DNA of 29,457 nt from a virus: the IMG/VR virus record IMGVR_UViG_3300012932_000063; one strand, given 5' to 3'. A program made the translations under genes and the position numbers. Of the stretch, positions 8,663-17,065 are shown piece after piece; the first letter of the stretch is position 1, and the number at the start of each line of letters is the position of its first letter. The notes below the pieces were generated by a model, which ran no database searches, was not told the origin of the DNA, and saw nothing but the letters and a program-made list of their open reading frames with translations.

Positions 8663-8917
8663 ATGTCTATAGATAACACTGATAAAATTTATTCTGAATT
8701 CAAATTTGATGAAAAATATAGAGCCGTTATTGTCTATGGTCGAAAAACTGAATTTGAACATACAGTTAGTAATTTTGATAGATTAGTAGTAAAAACTTAT
8801 GGGGAATTGTATGAGTTTAGTTTCTCAAACAAAGAAATTGAAAAGCATCAAAGTGTAGAGATAATTAATAGACATGATTTTATATCTTTAACTCTTGAGA
8901 AAATAAGGAGTAGTTGA
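8663..8917 (+). CDS. hypothetical protein
   Basis: RBS AAGGAG, 84 aa. Confidence 0.7.
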   Translation: MSIDNTDKIYSEFKFDEKYRAVIVYGRKTEFEHTVSNFDRLVVKTYGELYEFSFSNKEIEKHQSVEIINRHDFISLTLEKIRSS

Positions 8918-9393
8918 TGAATAGTATACCACTGGTAAAATCTGAATATCAAAAGGAGAAAGAAGCTAAAAAAGAGAGAAAAAAGATTAAGCGTGAAGTG
9001 ATTGAGGATTTTCTGTCTGGTGGTGCCCAAAGATTTGAAAAGGTGGGTTTAGAAACCCTTGCTATGATAGACAATCTTAATCATAATCACAGAAGTATTA
9101 GAGAGATCGAAGAAGAAATGATTAATTCTGATAAATTTTATAACAAGATGATAGAGACATTTGCTGAGCATAATTTAGTACCGGAGAATAATCCTGATAT
9201 GAAATTGTCAGAAATAGGTTTAGAAGATACCATGTTTACCACCTTTCGTCAGGTGTGTGCTTATGCCAATTCGCTTTATATAGAATTGATAATAGCCCAG
9301 TTTTCTTATTATGTGACCAAGCTGCAAAAATTAGGTGTTGGTAGTTTAGATGAATTAGTGGAACAAGAACTCAAAAAGGAAGGATTGGAATAG
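8914..9393 (+). CDS. hypothetical helical protein
   Basis: RBS AGGAG; start overlaps the previous stop. Confidence 0.7.
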   Translation: MMNSIPLVKSEYQKEKEAKKERKKIKREVIEDFLSGGAQRFEKVGLETLAMIDNLNHNHRSIREIEEEMINSDKFYNKMIETFAEHNLVPENNPDMKLSEIGLEDTMFTTFRQVCAYANSLYIELIIAQFSYYVTKLQKLGVGSLDELVEQELKKEGLE

Positions 9394-10008
9394 ATGGGTG
9401 AACAAGTCACGTGTAAAGAATTTTTTAATGTTGGTTCTATATATCCACATGAATCAGATTTCTATAAAGCCGCCAAAGAATCAACAGACTGGGTTACAGC
9501 ATCTATGTTTAATATGTTTCCTTGTCTTGATGTTACTCTCTCTAACAAAGTTATAGTCAAAGATTTTGGCATCCTCTGTAAAGAAATAAACGAAAACACC
9601 ATAGAAAATGATAATACCTCTAATATATTAAAACAACTTGAATCGCTCTGTGTAACTTGTGCCGTGGTATATGTTCAGATTTGTTATAAATTTGATAGAG
9701 CAATTATACCTAATATGGAAGTATTGGAAGTTAATGTTAGCACCAGGGCAGAATGTAATCGTTTATTTGATGTATTTATAGAGAAAGTCTTTATAGAAAA
9801 ACGCCGGCAAGATATGGTATGGGGACCCAATCAATGCCACGGCTATTTTTGGCTGGGCGTATTAGGAGAAGAACTTGGTGAGTTTTACGAAGAACTGGAA
9901 CATATAGACAAACAAGTACCAGATATTAACAAAGTGGATGATGCTATCACGGAACTTGTGCAAACAGCCGCTGTGTGTTTTTCTTGGTGGAAAGAACTTA
10001 GAGGTTAA
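9394..10008 (+). CDS. MazG-like nucleotide pyrophosphohydrolase domain protein
   Basis: E..RQD..WG..Q.H....WL.VLGEELGE...ELVQTAAV in the C-terminal half. Confidence 0.75.
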   Translation: MGEQVTCKEFFNVGSIYPHESDFYKAAKESTDWVTASMFNMFPCLDVTLSNKVIVKDFGILCKEINENTIENDNTSNILKQLESLCVTCAVVYVQICYKFDRAIIPNMEVLEVNVSTRAECNRLFDVFIEKVFIEKRRQDMVWGPNQCHGYFWLGVLGEELGEFYEELEHIDKQVPDINKVDDAITELVQTAAVCFSWWKELRG

Positions 10009-10010
10009 TC

Positions 10011-10514
10011 ATGTTGATTGAAGATCATTTTGATGGTAACCTAATCAAAGATTGGAAGCCTATAAACGATTCGGAATTTGAAGAAGTGTTTGAGTTGGAT
10101 AATATCTGTTTTCCTGAATACAGGGATTTAGATTTTATCAGGGACAACAAAGACACCAGGGGCGAAATTCACAGGCTTTATTCTTATGAACATAACAAGA
10201 TTATAGGCTATGCCGTATACGGTCAGATATTTGATAATCACAGTGCTTACATATTGCGTATAGGCGTATTACCAGAGTTTAGACGGCAAAGTTATGCATC
10301 TTATATTATTGACTGCATTATCATTGATTTATCTTCAAGACAGCCTAAATGTCCAGCCGTTTATGCTGATATTAGACAATCTAACCAAGCTAGTATGAAT
10401 TTGTTTATGAAATCAGGATTCTATTTGCTTGAAGTTAGAGGACAAATATGGCGAGGTCAAATATACAATAACGGAGAATTATCAAACTGCATGTATTTGA
10501 GGGTAGCATTATGA
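10011..10514 (+). CDS. GNAT acetyltransferase, RimI-like
   Basis: LD..CFP, IIGYA, ILRIGVLPEFRRQSYAS (acetyl-CoA motif A), RQSNQAS..LF.K.GF. Confidence 0.85.
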   Translation: MLIEDHFDGNLIKDWKPINDSEFEEVFELDNICFPEYRDLDFIRDNKDTRGEIHRLYSYEHNKIIGYAVYGQIFDNHSAYILRIGVLPEFRRQSYASYIIDCIIIDLSSRQPKCPAVYADIRQSNQASMNLFMKSGFYLLEVRGQIWRGQIYNNGELSNCMYLRVAL

Positions 10515-10825
10515 GAGATAAAAATTTAGAAAGAATATTTATTGAAATAGATACCAGATTTGCGAATATGTTTCGTCAACTGAGAATACCTAGAGAAAAT
10601 TCTTTGTTTGATTTAAAGCCGCAAGAGACTAAACTCTATTTTACTCAAAATCTTATGAATTCATTGACTTATACTAAATATGAGTATCTTGATCCTTCTA
10701 TAGGAGGCAATATTTCAAAACAATACGGCGATATTATAGTTAACTATTCTAATAATAGTATTAATATATCTGGACGTGTTTCTGATTATAGTAGTTTACC
10801 ATCTAAAATCAAGATTAATTATTGA
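10511..10825 (+). CDS. hypothetical protein
   Basis: ATGA overlap, 104 aa. Confidence 0.7.
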   Translation: MRDKNLERIFIEIDTRFANMFRQLRIPRENSLFDLKPQETKLYFTQNLMNSLTYTKYEYLDPSIGGNISKQYGDIIVNYSNNSINISGRVSDYSSLPSKIKINY

Positions 10826-10836
10826 GGGATATTGTC

Positions 10837-11751
10837 ATGAAAACTCATATCGAGATAATTTGGGATGATGATCTTATTAATTCGCCTAGCTATATACAAG
10901 ATGTTAAAGATTATTTATCAAGTATAGTCAATGAGATTAAACATCAAGTTTTTAGCAAATCAGGCACGAATCATATTGCTGATAATATAAAAGATGCAAT
11001 GTATAGAATGCCTGATTTTTTTGATGTGGAATTAAAGGTAAACACTGATGATCAAAATAAAACGAATGAGGAGGAAGATGAGAATAAAAAAGCCAGGAAA
11101 ATGGAGTTAGATAATCTGTTTTCTGACTTTTCGGAAACATTTGACAATATGTTAGATACTTTGGAAGAAGAAAACAAAGAATCTATCCTTCATCAAGAAA
11201 CTGAAAGACAAGATGGTGATACAAGTGGAACAGTAACTCGTAAAATTCATACACTTGATGTGCCTTTAAAACTTAATAGCAATATGAAAAGTAATATTAA
11301 ATTTGATAGAGATGTAAAAATAGGCGGAACAGTAAATTTTAAATTAAAAGCCATGGATCCTAATGATATGATCAAGGGAGATTACGGGCCTCAGGACATC
11401 TATGGTGTTATTCAAGAATCTCCTTTTGATCCGGCTATACCTATTTTTAATAAATTTAGTGAAAGGCTTAATCGTGCTATGGGTGGCACAAAACCAGTAA
11501 TTGATTTAAGATCAATCAAAGATCATCGTAAAGATTTTATCAATTCGATGTCTGAACAAGAACTATCAATTTTCAATGAAGTATCAAAAAACTGTATACG
11601 TACTTATGATACTATAACTATGGCAAACGAAGCTGAACAATATGAAGCCTTAGATCCTTTAACAGATCCTTTAATTCTTAGATTAAAAGAAAATCATGCT
11701 GACACTACTGAATTTATTTCAAAAGTTAGGAGAAAAACAAAAAGTGGGTAA
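10837..11751 (+). CDS. hypothetical acidic protein
   Basis: Long ORF; ATG 10837 behind GAGGG. Confidence 0.75.
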   Translation: MKTHIEIIWDDDLINSPSYIQDVKDYLSSIVNEIKHQVFSKSGTNHIADNIKDAMYRMPDFFDVELKVNTDDQNKTNEEEDENKKARKMELDNLFSDFSETFDNMLDTLEEENKESILHQETERQDGDTSGTVTRKIHTLDVPLKLNSNMKSNIKFDRDVKIGGTVNFKLKAMDPNDMIKGDYGPQDIYGVIQESPFDPAIPIFNKFSERLNRAMGGTKPVIDLRSIKDHRKDFINSMSEQELSIFNEVSKNCIRTYDTITMANEAEQYEALDPLTDPLILRLKENHADTTEFISKVRRKTKSG

Positions 11752-12277
11752 GAGCGTATATAATAAGAAAATTGACAAAAGAATTCCTAAAAAGGCAGTC
11801 TATGTAGGCAGACCTAGCCCATGGGGCAGCCCTTTTCCTGTTGTCACAAACAAAAGAAAAGATGGGGTTTATATTAGAGGACTATCAAGACAAAGATCTG
11901 TAAGATTATTTAGTGAATACGCTCATAAAAGATTAATCAATGAACCTTCGTGGTTGGATCCTTTAAAAGGTAAGCCTCTTATTTGTTTCTGTGTGCCTAA
12001 ATCTTGTCATGCTAATATCTTATATTTTTTAGCTAATAAATTGCCAATACAAGATGAGAAACTTATTAGACAAACCGATCGTTATGAAATCTACGAATGC
12101 AAAAATTATGTTGTGCCAAAGGATATTAAAGAAACCAGATTACCGAAATATGCTTTAGACTGGTATGAATTCAGGTGTCCTGAAAAGGGCATTATTTTAT
12201 TGAGTTCACCCTATTATATAGACATTGCGTCTTATGAATATGAATTTAATCTTAAACTTAAAAATCTAGGAGGGTAA
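11744..12277 (+). CDS. DUF4326 domain protein with C-terminal extension
   Basis: AVYVGRPSPWGSPF and LKGK.L.CFC.PK.CHA..L motifs; GTG 11744 is the likely start. Confidence 0.8.
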   Translation: MGKSVYNKKIDKRIPKKAVYVGRPSPWGSPFPVVTNKRKDGVYIRGLSRQRSVRLFSEYAHKRLINEPSWLDPLKGKPLICFCVPKSCHANILYFLANKLPIQDEKLIRQTDRYEIYECKNYVVPKDIKETRLPKYALDWYEFRCPEKGIILLSSPYYIDIASYEYEFNLKLKNLGG

Positions 12278-12280
12278 AAA

Positions 12281-12631
12281 ATGCACCACCATGTTTTCTA
12301 TAATATAGATGTATCTTTTATAGATAAATATCTTTCTTCCCGTGTTTTGACACGTGAAAAACTCTGTAAGATTATTGATTTTGATATGGTGTTGTTAAAC
12401 AGAATTATTGAAGGTGAAAGACCGCTTAGATACTTTGCTTTTTATAAGATTAGTAATCTTCTTTCTATTAAACCTGAAGATGTTATTAAGGATGAGGATA
12501 ATCTACGTAAATATAATGATTATCTACGGCAGTATGCATCTGAGATAACACTACCGCAAAAAATTAGAGATTATCTTTCCAAGCGCAGTATGGTGTTATC
12601 TCAGGAATTTGAGGAGATGGTAACTTACTGA
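12281..12631 (+). CDS. XRE/Cro-type HTH protein
   Basis: LTREKLCKIIDFD...LNRIIEGER.......KISNLLSIKPEDVI. Confidence 0.65.
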   Translation: MHHHVFYNIDVSFIDKYLSSRVLTREKLCKIIDFDMVLLNRIIEGERPLRYFAFYKISNLLSIKPEDVIKDEDNLRKYNDYLRQYASEITLPQKIRDYLSKRSMVLSQEFEEMVTY

Positions 12632-12759
12632 TTTTTGTCTTTCAAATTTCGTTTAATTTTTTTGTAATCAACATAGTATTTTTTTCTAGTTTCAACAACT
12701 TTCCAGATACCTAAGAGGACCGCTGCTATGATGATTGCAGTAACTAATATTGTTAACAT
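12625..12759 (-). CDS. 44-aa single-TM peptide with basic tail
   Basis: ATG 12759 behind AGGAG; MLTILVTAIIIAAVLLGIW followed by a Lys-rich tail. Confidence 0.65.
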   Translation of the reverse strand: MLTILVTAIIIAAVLLGIWKVVETRKKYYVDYKKIKRNLKDKNQ

Positions 12760-12779
12760 TTTTATTTTCTCCTGATAAA

Positions 12780-12816
12780 AGGCTATTGCAGTGAGTTGTG
12801 TTAACTGCAATAGCCT
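12780..12816. terminator. 13-bp hairpin, probable bidirectional terminator
   Basis: AGGCTATTGCAGT/ACTGCAATAGCCT with short T runs on both strands, near the convergence of the two arms. Confidence 0.6.
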
Positions 12817-12900
12817 GTTTTCATTCCAATAGGAGGACCGCTCGAAGCCCTTACTAGCTATATCCAGCAGGACAAAGATATACACGAGGGTGAGCTTTAA

Positions 12901-13260
12901 TTATAAGTTTTTGTTAACCTCTGGTTTTACAATTGCGTGTTTTTTCTGTTTTTTGCTGGGGTCGCCTCCAGCTTTAAATCTTTTGTAATCTGACATATCT
13001 CTAACATTTTTAGGTTTCAAACCTTTTTTTCTTTGTTCGTTAATTTGAATATCCAATTCTAATTCCTCCTCATATTCTAATCTTAAACCGGCTCTGTCGC
13101 AATCACAGGTAGGACAAGTAACGTAGGTATACTCTGAGCTGCTGGCTTCATAAGCAAGATATTTTTCTCCGCAACCTAAGCATTTAAAACCTACTTCTCT
13201 GATAATATTACCTGGATACAAAGATGGTGCAGGATGCGGCGTATTATTTTTTGATGACAT
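12901..13260 (-). CDS. zinc-ribbon protein
   Basis: FKCLGCG...TCPTC; basic C-terminus. Confidence 0.65.
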   Translation of the reverse strand: MSSKNNTPHPAPSLYPGNIIREVGFKCLGCGEKYLAYEASSSEYTYVTCPTCDCDRAGLRLEYEEELELDIQINEQRKKGLKPKNVRDMSDYKRFKAGGDPSKKQKKHAIVKPEVNKNL

Positions 13261-13486
13261 CTTTGAATTGATCCTCTAAAGATATATACTCAGTGCCTTT
13301 ACGTAAACCTTGAGATAATTGCACAGTGGTAACATCAAATGCAAATTGCCGACGTCTTTTTCTGGGTACACCTTTTATATTTTTGCCAGCACGTTTGGCA
13401 AGACGTTTTGCTTCAAGTCTTGCGTTTTTTCTTTTCTGTTGACGTGTTAACTTATCAGTTTTTTTTATCATAAGTTCTTGTTCCAT
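13244..13486 (-). CDS. small basic hypothetical protein
   Basis: Lys/Arg-rich, 80 aa, RBS GAGGT. Confidence 0.65.
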   Translation of the reverse strand: MEQELMIKKTDKLTRQQKRKNARLEAKRLAKRAGKNIKGVPRKRRRQFAFDVTTVQLSQGLRKGTEYISLEDQFKDVIKK

Positions 13487-13494
13487 ATCTACCT

Positions 13495-13923
13495 CTATAT
13501 AACAAAATTAGCAGGTCTTTTAAAGGCTATTATTTTACCATGTTCGGCAGCGTTGGTTATCTCAATAACTCTATTTTTTTCATTGCAGCTAATAATATCA
13601 ATACTTGTACCTTTTATTTCTGAGACAATACCAATGTGTTTATAATCCTCAAAAATACAAATTGCTCCTTCAACGAGTTCGCAATCTTTAAATAGCATAA
13701 AAGATTGGATAGTATTATCAGAAGATTGATCTAAACTACTGGAACCTAACATTAAATTAATAAAAGAAGGTGCTGTTTGTTCCGTTGGAAAACCTACTAC
13801 TTTTTTAGAATGTGTCAACCAGGGCGGTTCACCTATTGGATCAAACTTGATCATTTTTATAGATTCTTCAGCACGTTGGCCTAATTGTTCGTCATCTATG
13901 TGATTAATAGCTTCGTTTGTCAT
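13495..13923 (-). CDS. degenerate CHAP/NlpC-P60 (TIGR02594-like) protein lacking the catalytic Cys
   Basis: EPPWL, SFINLML, GAICIF...HIGIV, I.IIS.N..NRV, IIAFKRP follow the family pattern; the WC motif is absent. Confidence 0.55.
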   Translation of the reverse strand: MTNEAINHIDDEQLGQRAEESIKMIKFDPIGEPPWLTHSKKVVGFPTEQTAPSFINLMLGSSSLDQSSDNTIQSFMLFKDCELVEGAICIFEDYKHIGIVSEIKGTSIDIISCNEKNRVIEITNAAEHGKIIAFKRPANFVI

Positions 13924-13962
13924 TGATTAAATCTCCTTAAGCACAAAATTAATTATTTTATT

Positions 13963-13992
13963 AGTATAAACTTAATTTTTACATTTTGTCAA
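13963..13992 (-). promoter_or_regulatory. sigma70-type promoter
   Basis: TTGACA (13992-13987), 18 bp, TATACT (13968-13963), upstream of the 13923 start. Confidence 0.7.
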
Positions 13993-14126
13993 GATAAATC
14001 AAATTTCTAATATTCTGTGGCGCATTTGTGTATATCAGCCCTGTCATATATCAGATTTTTGTCTGCAACCAATCCTGTGGCATCCTGTGAAGACCTGTGA
14101 TATGATATATGGCATTATCACGCACA

Positions 14127-14181
14127 AAAACGCGGATATAAAGGAGAGGAGTTTTAATACACCATAATATATCCGCGTTTT
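14127..14181. terminator. 14-bp stem with 27-nt loop, probable terminator
   Basis: AAAACGCGGATATA/TATATCCGCGTTTT; ends the long - strand gene run. Confidence 0.55.
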
Positions 14182-14220
14182 GGCTATCTCACAATTCAAG
14201 GAGGCGAACCGCGTACTTCT

Positions 14221-14667
14221 TCAATCAGAGTGGGTTCTTTGTATCATGTTTCTCAATCTTTCTATTTCTTTATTTTGAAGTTCTAATTGCGCATATATTT
14301 CACTAAGATAATGCCTTATATCGGTGTCTATGTAACTATCGTTTTTATCAGAGAATGGATCTTTGGCACCGTATATATGCCTGATTATTTTAATAAGATT
14401 TTCAAGATCCCCTTTCATATTTCTTCTGTAAATACTGATATTGGCAATCACATTAAAAATATTATTTGGATCTGTGTGCCCAAGTGTGCCTTTAGGTCCT
14501 ACAGGATCGCCTGCATGATTTTTTTCTGTATATTGCACAGGGAAAAATCTAACACCAATATCGCCTATACCGGCTTTGACACCTAGTGCCCCCAAAGGGG
14601 TTTCTTCACCAGGTTCGCCTTGAGTACCATCATGTCCTCGATCGCCTTTCGGTGTTTCAATAATCAT
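14221..14667 (-). CDS. protein with short degenerate collagen-like G-X-Y stretches and C-terminal coiled coil
   Basis: GDRGHDGTQGEPGEE and GPKGTLGHT. Confidence 0.6.
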   Translation of the reverse strand: MIIETPKGDRGHDGTQGEPGEETPLGALGVKAGIGDIGVRFFPVQYTEKNHAGDPVGPKGTLGHTDPNNIFNVIANISIYRRNMKGDLENLIKIIRHIYGAKDPFSDKNDSYIDTDIRHYLSEIYAQLELQNKEIERLRNMIQRTHSD

Positions 14668-14885
14668 GTATTATATCTCCATACTATACGGCCTTTTTCT
14701 AAATCATAAGGTGAAATTTCTATAGAAACTCTGTCACCAAGACATACCTTTATTTGTCTGGTTCTTAGTTTACCGCCTAAAGTACAATCTACTATATGTC
14801 CTTCAGCTGCATCTTCAAGTTCCACTAAGAAATTTGCACCTTTGTATTCTTTGATAATTTTGCCGTCTTTTAAAATTTTATGCAT
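14664..14885 (-). CDS. infA: translation initiation factor IF-1
   Basis: F.VEL...H.V.C.L.GK.R...IKV..GDRV.IE.SPYDL.KGRIVWR is the IF-1 signature. Confidence 0.93.
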   Translation of the reverse strand: MHKILKDGKIIKEYKGANFLVELEDAAEGHIVDCTLGGKLRTRQIKVCLGDRVSIEISPYDLEKGRIVWRYNT

Positions 14886-14926
14886 GTACCGATCTTTCTC
14901 ACGAACCTCGCGATTATAGTTTATCC

Positions 14927-15199
14927 TCAGTCTCCAGAATTAAGAAACTCTATCACTGAGGGTGAATCATTTGTTTTTCGGACATTATTAGTTTTTCTTT
15001 GTTTGGATGAAACAGTATCAGGCGCAAAAGAATAAGTTACAGTGGATCTTGTTAAAGTTAAATCCACATGCTTTTGCTCTTTGTTAGATAATTGGCGAGC
15101 GTAACAACATGCCATTGCGACTTGCCCTTCATCTACTTTGCATTCATAGATAACACTACCGTCTTCTTGTCTAGTAAATACAGCTGACAACTTATCCAT
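14927..15199 (-). CDS. hypothetical protein
   Basis: RBS AGGAG, 90 aa. Confidence 0.7.
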   Translation of the reverse strand: MDKLSAVFTRQEDGSVIYECKVDEGQVAMACCYARQLSNKEQKHVDLTLTRSTVTYSFAPDTVSSKQRKTNNVRKTNDSPSVIEFLNSGD

Positions 15200-15211
15200 T
15201 GGATATTTCTC

Positions 15212-15406
15212 CTATATTTCTTGTGTTAAATATCTATAAATAGTTAGTGTTAATACTAATGATAAACCTATAATAACACTTGTCAAAATTTTGTTTTCAT
15301 GAAAACGTTCTATCATAAAAAGAATAATGCCGTAACATAGATAGGATATAAATAAACCGGCTAAACATGAAACTAAAAACATAAGAAATAAAATAAGAAA
15401 TTTCAT
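15212..15406 (-). CDS. small two-TM membrane protein (holin candidate)
   Basis: Two hydrophobic helices; two genes downstream of the lysozyme. Confidence 0.55.
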   Translation of the reverse strand: MKFLILFLMFLVSCLAGLFISYLCYGIILFMIERFHENKILTSVIIGLSLVLTLTIYRYLTQEI

Positions 15407-15419
15407 GTGCGCCCTCTAA

Positions 15420-15794
15420 TCATTCTTCCTCTTCCGCGGATTCACTATCTTCCTCTTTTTGTGCAGGTTGTGCTTGCTGCTGACGCTGTTGGGGCCGCTG
15501 AGCCTGTTGCGCCTGTTTCGGTTTTTGTTCTTCTTGTACTATCATCAAAGCGTTTACGCTTTCTATTTGGCCAATATAATTAGCAACGTTTTCTCTAATG
15601 TTTTCTTTGATGCTTTCTGGTAAATCATCATAAGAATTATTGGAGAAATTGATCCAGTCTGCTGCAGCGTTATGATCTATGAAAACACTACCATCTTTCC
15701 TTGTATGGAATCCTTGTGTGAATCTGCTTACCCATATAGACCATATTTTATGTTGGGCTTCGCATAATTCTTCAAACACTTCTGTATATGCCAT
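15420..15794 (-). CDS. hypothetical protein, RyR-domain-like, paralog of 16752-17051
   Basis: E.LCE.QHKIWS...DGSV.I...Y..L.E..K.NI; Gln/Glu-rich tail; start behind AAGAGG. Confidence 0.65.
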   Translation of the reverse strand: MAYTEVFEELCEAQHKIWSIWVSRFTQGFHTRKDGSVFIDHNAAADWINFSNNSYDDLPESIKENIRENVANYIGQIESVNALMIVQEEQKPKQAQQAQRPQQRQQQAQPAQKEEDSESAEEEE

Positions 15795-15810
15795 AATAAA
15801 CCTCTTTTTA

Positions 15811-16617
15811 TTAATTAGGCAATTCAAAATATTTGGCATCGCCAGTTTGAATTACCATTGCGTTTCTATAATATCGAGTTGAAAGTTCTTCGTTAGAAAC
15901 ATGCAGCTCTATTGCTGCTTCTTTCCATTCTCCAGCTTTTACATGATCAATAAACTTATGGAATCTTCTAAAACGTGTTAAGCCTAAATTAAATATAACA
16001 TCAATAATTGCTTCTCTACGTGGTTCAGTAATAGATTGCCAAGTATTACCAAAAACACTCATAGCTTCTTTAGTGGTGTTTTTTAAGTCGTCTGTTAATA
16101 ATAATTCAATATCATGTTCAGATAAAGGCGTATGAAATATCTGATTAGCTACGCCAAAATTTTTTATATAAATACGACCATTTTTGACTTCGGTAGAGGA
16201 TAAAATAGTTCTGACATCAGGTTCAGGTATGATAGAAAATAATTCATTAACAGAAATTCCGTTAGTGGATAAAGATCTACCTACACCTATTGTGACGGTT
16301 TGTTCATTATCAAGATAAGGTGTGGAACGCTTAGATTCGTCTCTTATAATTAATCTTGATAACCGAGAAAGCGGAGTGCCTGCATCTGATTCTATGGTAT
16401 CTATATGTTCTTTATGTGGTGATTCTGGCGGTATATCTGATTGCGATATAACCGAAGGTGAAGTTTGTTCGTTTTGTGTCTGTTGTTTTTTCTGTTCTAA
16501 CGTTTCCTGTATAAGGTTATATTCTTTTCTTATACTGAAATATACCACTGTTAAACCTATACATATTAGAATCAACAGGGCCACCACAACGTCCATAAAT
16601 GTTATTCTTCTAATCAT
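15811..16617 (-). CDS. T4-type (GH24) lysozyme with N-terminal transmembrane anchor
   Basis: E-x8-D-x5-T triad (DESKRSTPYLDNEQTVTIGVG), R..AIID..FNLG..R..F, W.EAA.E; N-terminal TM helix and linker. Confidence 0.85.
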   Translation of the reverse strand: MIRRITFMDVVVALLILICIGLTVVYFSIRKEYNLIQETLEQKKQQTQNEQTSPSVISQSDIPPESPHKEHIDTIESDAGTPLSRLSRLIIRDESKRSTPYLDNEQTVTIGVGRSLSTNGISVNELFSIIPEPDVRTILSSTEVKNGRIYIKNFGVANQIFHTPLSEHDIELLLTDDLKNTTKEAMSVFGNTWQSITEPRREAIIDVIFNLGLTRFRRFHKFIDHVKAGEWKEAAIELHVSNEELSTRYYRNAMVIQTGDAKYFELPN

Positions 16618-16651
16618 ATTTCACCTCTTTATGTTAAATCTTTGTGGTATA

Positions 16652-16726
16652 TCAGGGCGACTGGATTTGAACCAGCGACCTCGTGGACCCAAACCACGCA
16701 CTCTGGCCGGGCTGAGCTACGCCCTG
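16652..16726 (-). tRNA. tRNA-Pro(TGG)
   Basis: Acceptor CAGGGCG/CGCCCTG, anticodon arm CGTGG-TTTGGGT-CCACG, T-loop TTCAAAT. Confidence 0.93.
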
Positions 16727-16751
16727 ATATTGTTATCAGAAGAAAACGTTA

Positions 16752-17051
16752 TTAGGTCGTTTCTTGAACTGAAGATTCTTGATTATTTGATTCCTGAGAA
16801 ACCTGTTCTTCAGAAACCTGTTCTTTTTCTTGATCGTCCGGAGACAAATAACCCGAAACAGACGTCTGAATATTTTGCTTGGATTTTTCAGACAACTCTT
16901 TATAATCCATAGCAGCTAATTTTTTATACCTATCAACAGCGGATGGACTAATCAAAACACTACCATCCTCTCTAACTTTTTTCAACATACCAGATACACA
17001 ACGTGACCATATCTTATGTTGTATTTCACATAACTGTTCTAAATTAACCAT
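16752..17051 (-). CDS. hypothetical protein, RyR-domain-like, paralog of 15420-15794
   Basis: EQLCEIQHKIWS...EDGSVLI...YKELSEKSKQNI; RBS AAGGAG. Confidence 0.65.
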   Translation of the reverse strand: MVNLEQLCEIQHKIWSRCVSGMLKKVREDGSVLISPSAVDRYKKLAAMDYKELSEKSKQNIQTSVSGYLSPDDQEKEQVSEEQVSQESNNQESSVQETT

Positions 17052-17065
17052 AAAACAGAGTCTCC

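Noticed and set aside
12830-12900. Known ribozyme or riboswitch
   Set aside because: No core consensus of hammerhead, twister, SRP or common riboswitches was recognised; kept only as a structured leader.
16322-16912. 196-aa + strand ORF
   Set aside because: Antisense to the lysozyme, tRNA-Pro and a paralog gene; no recognisable motifs.
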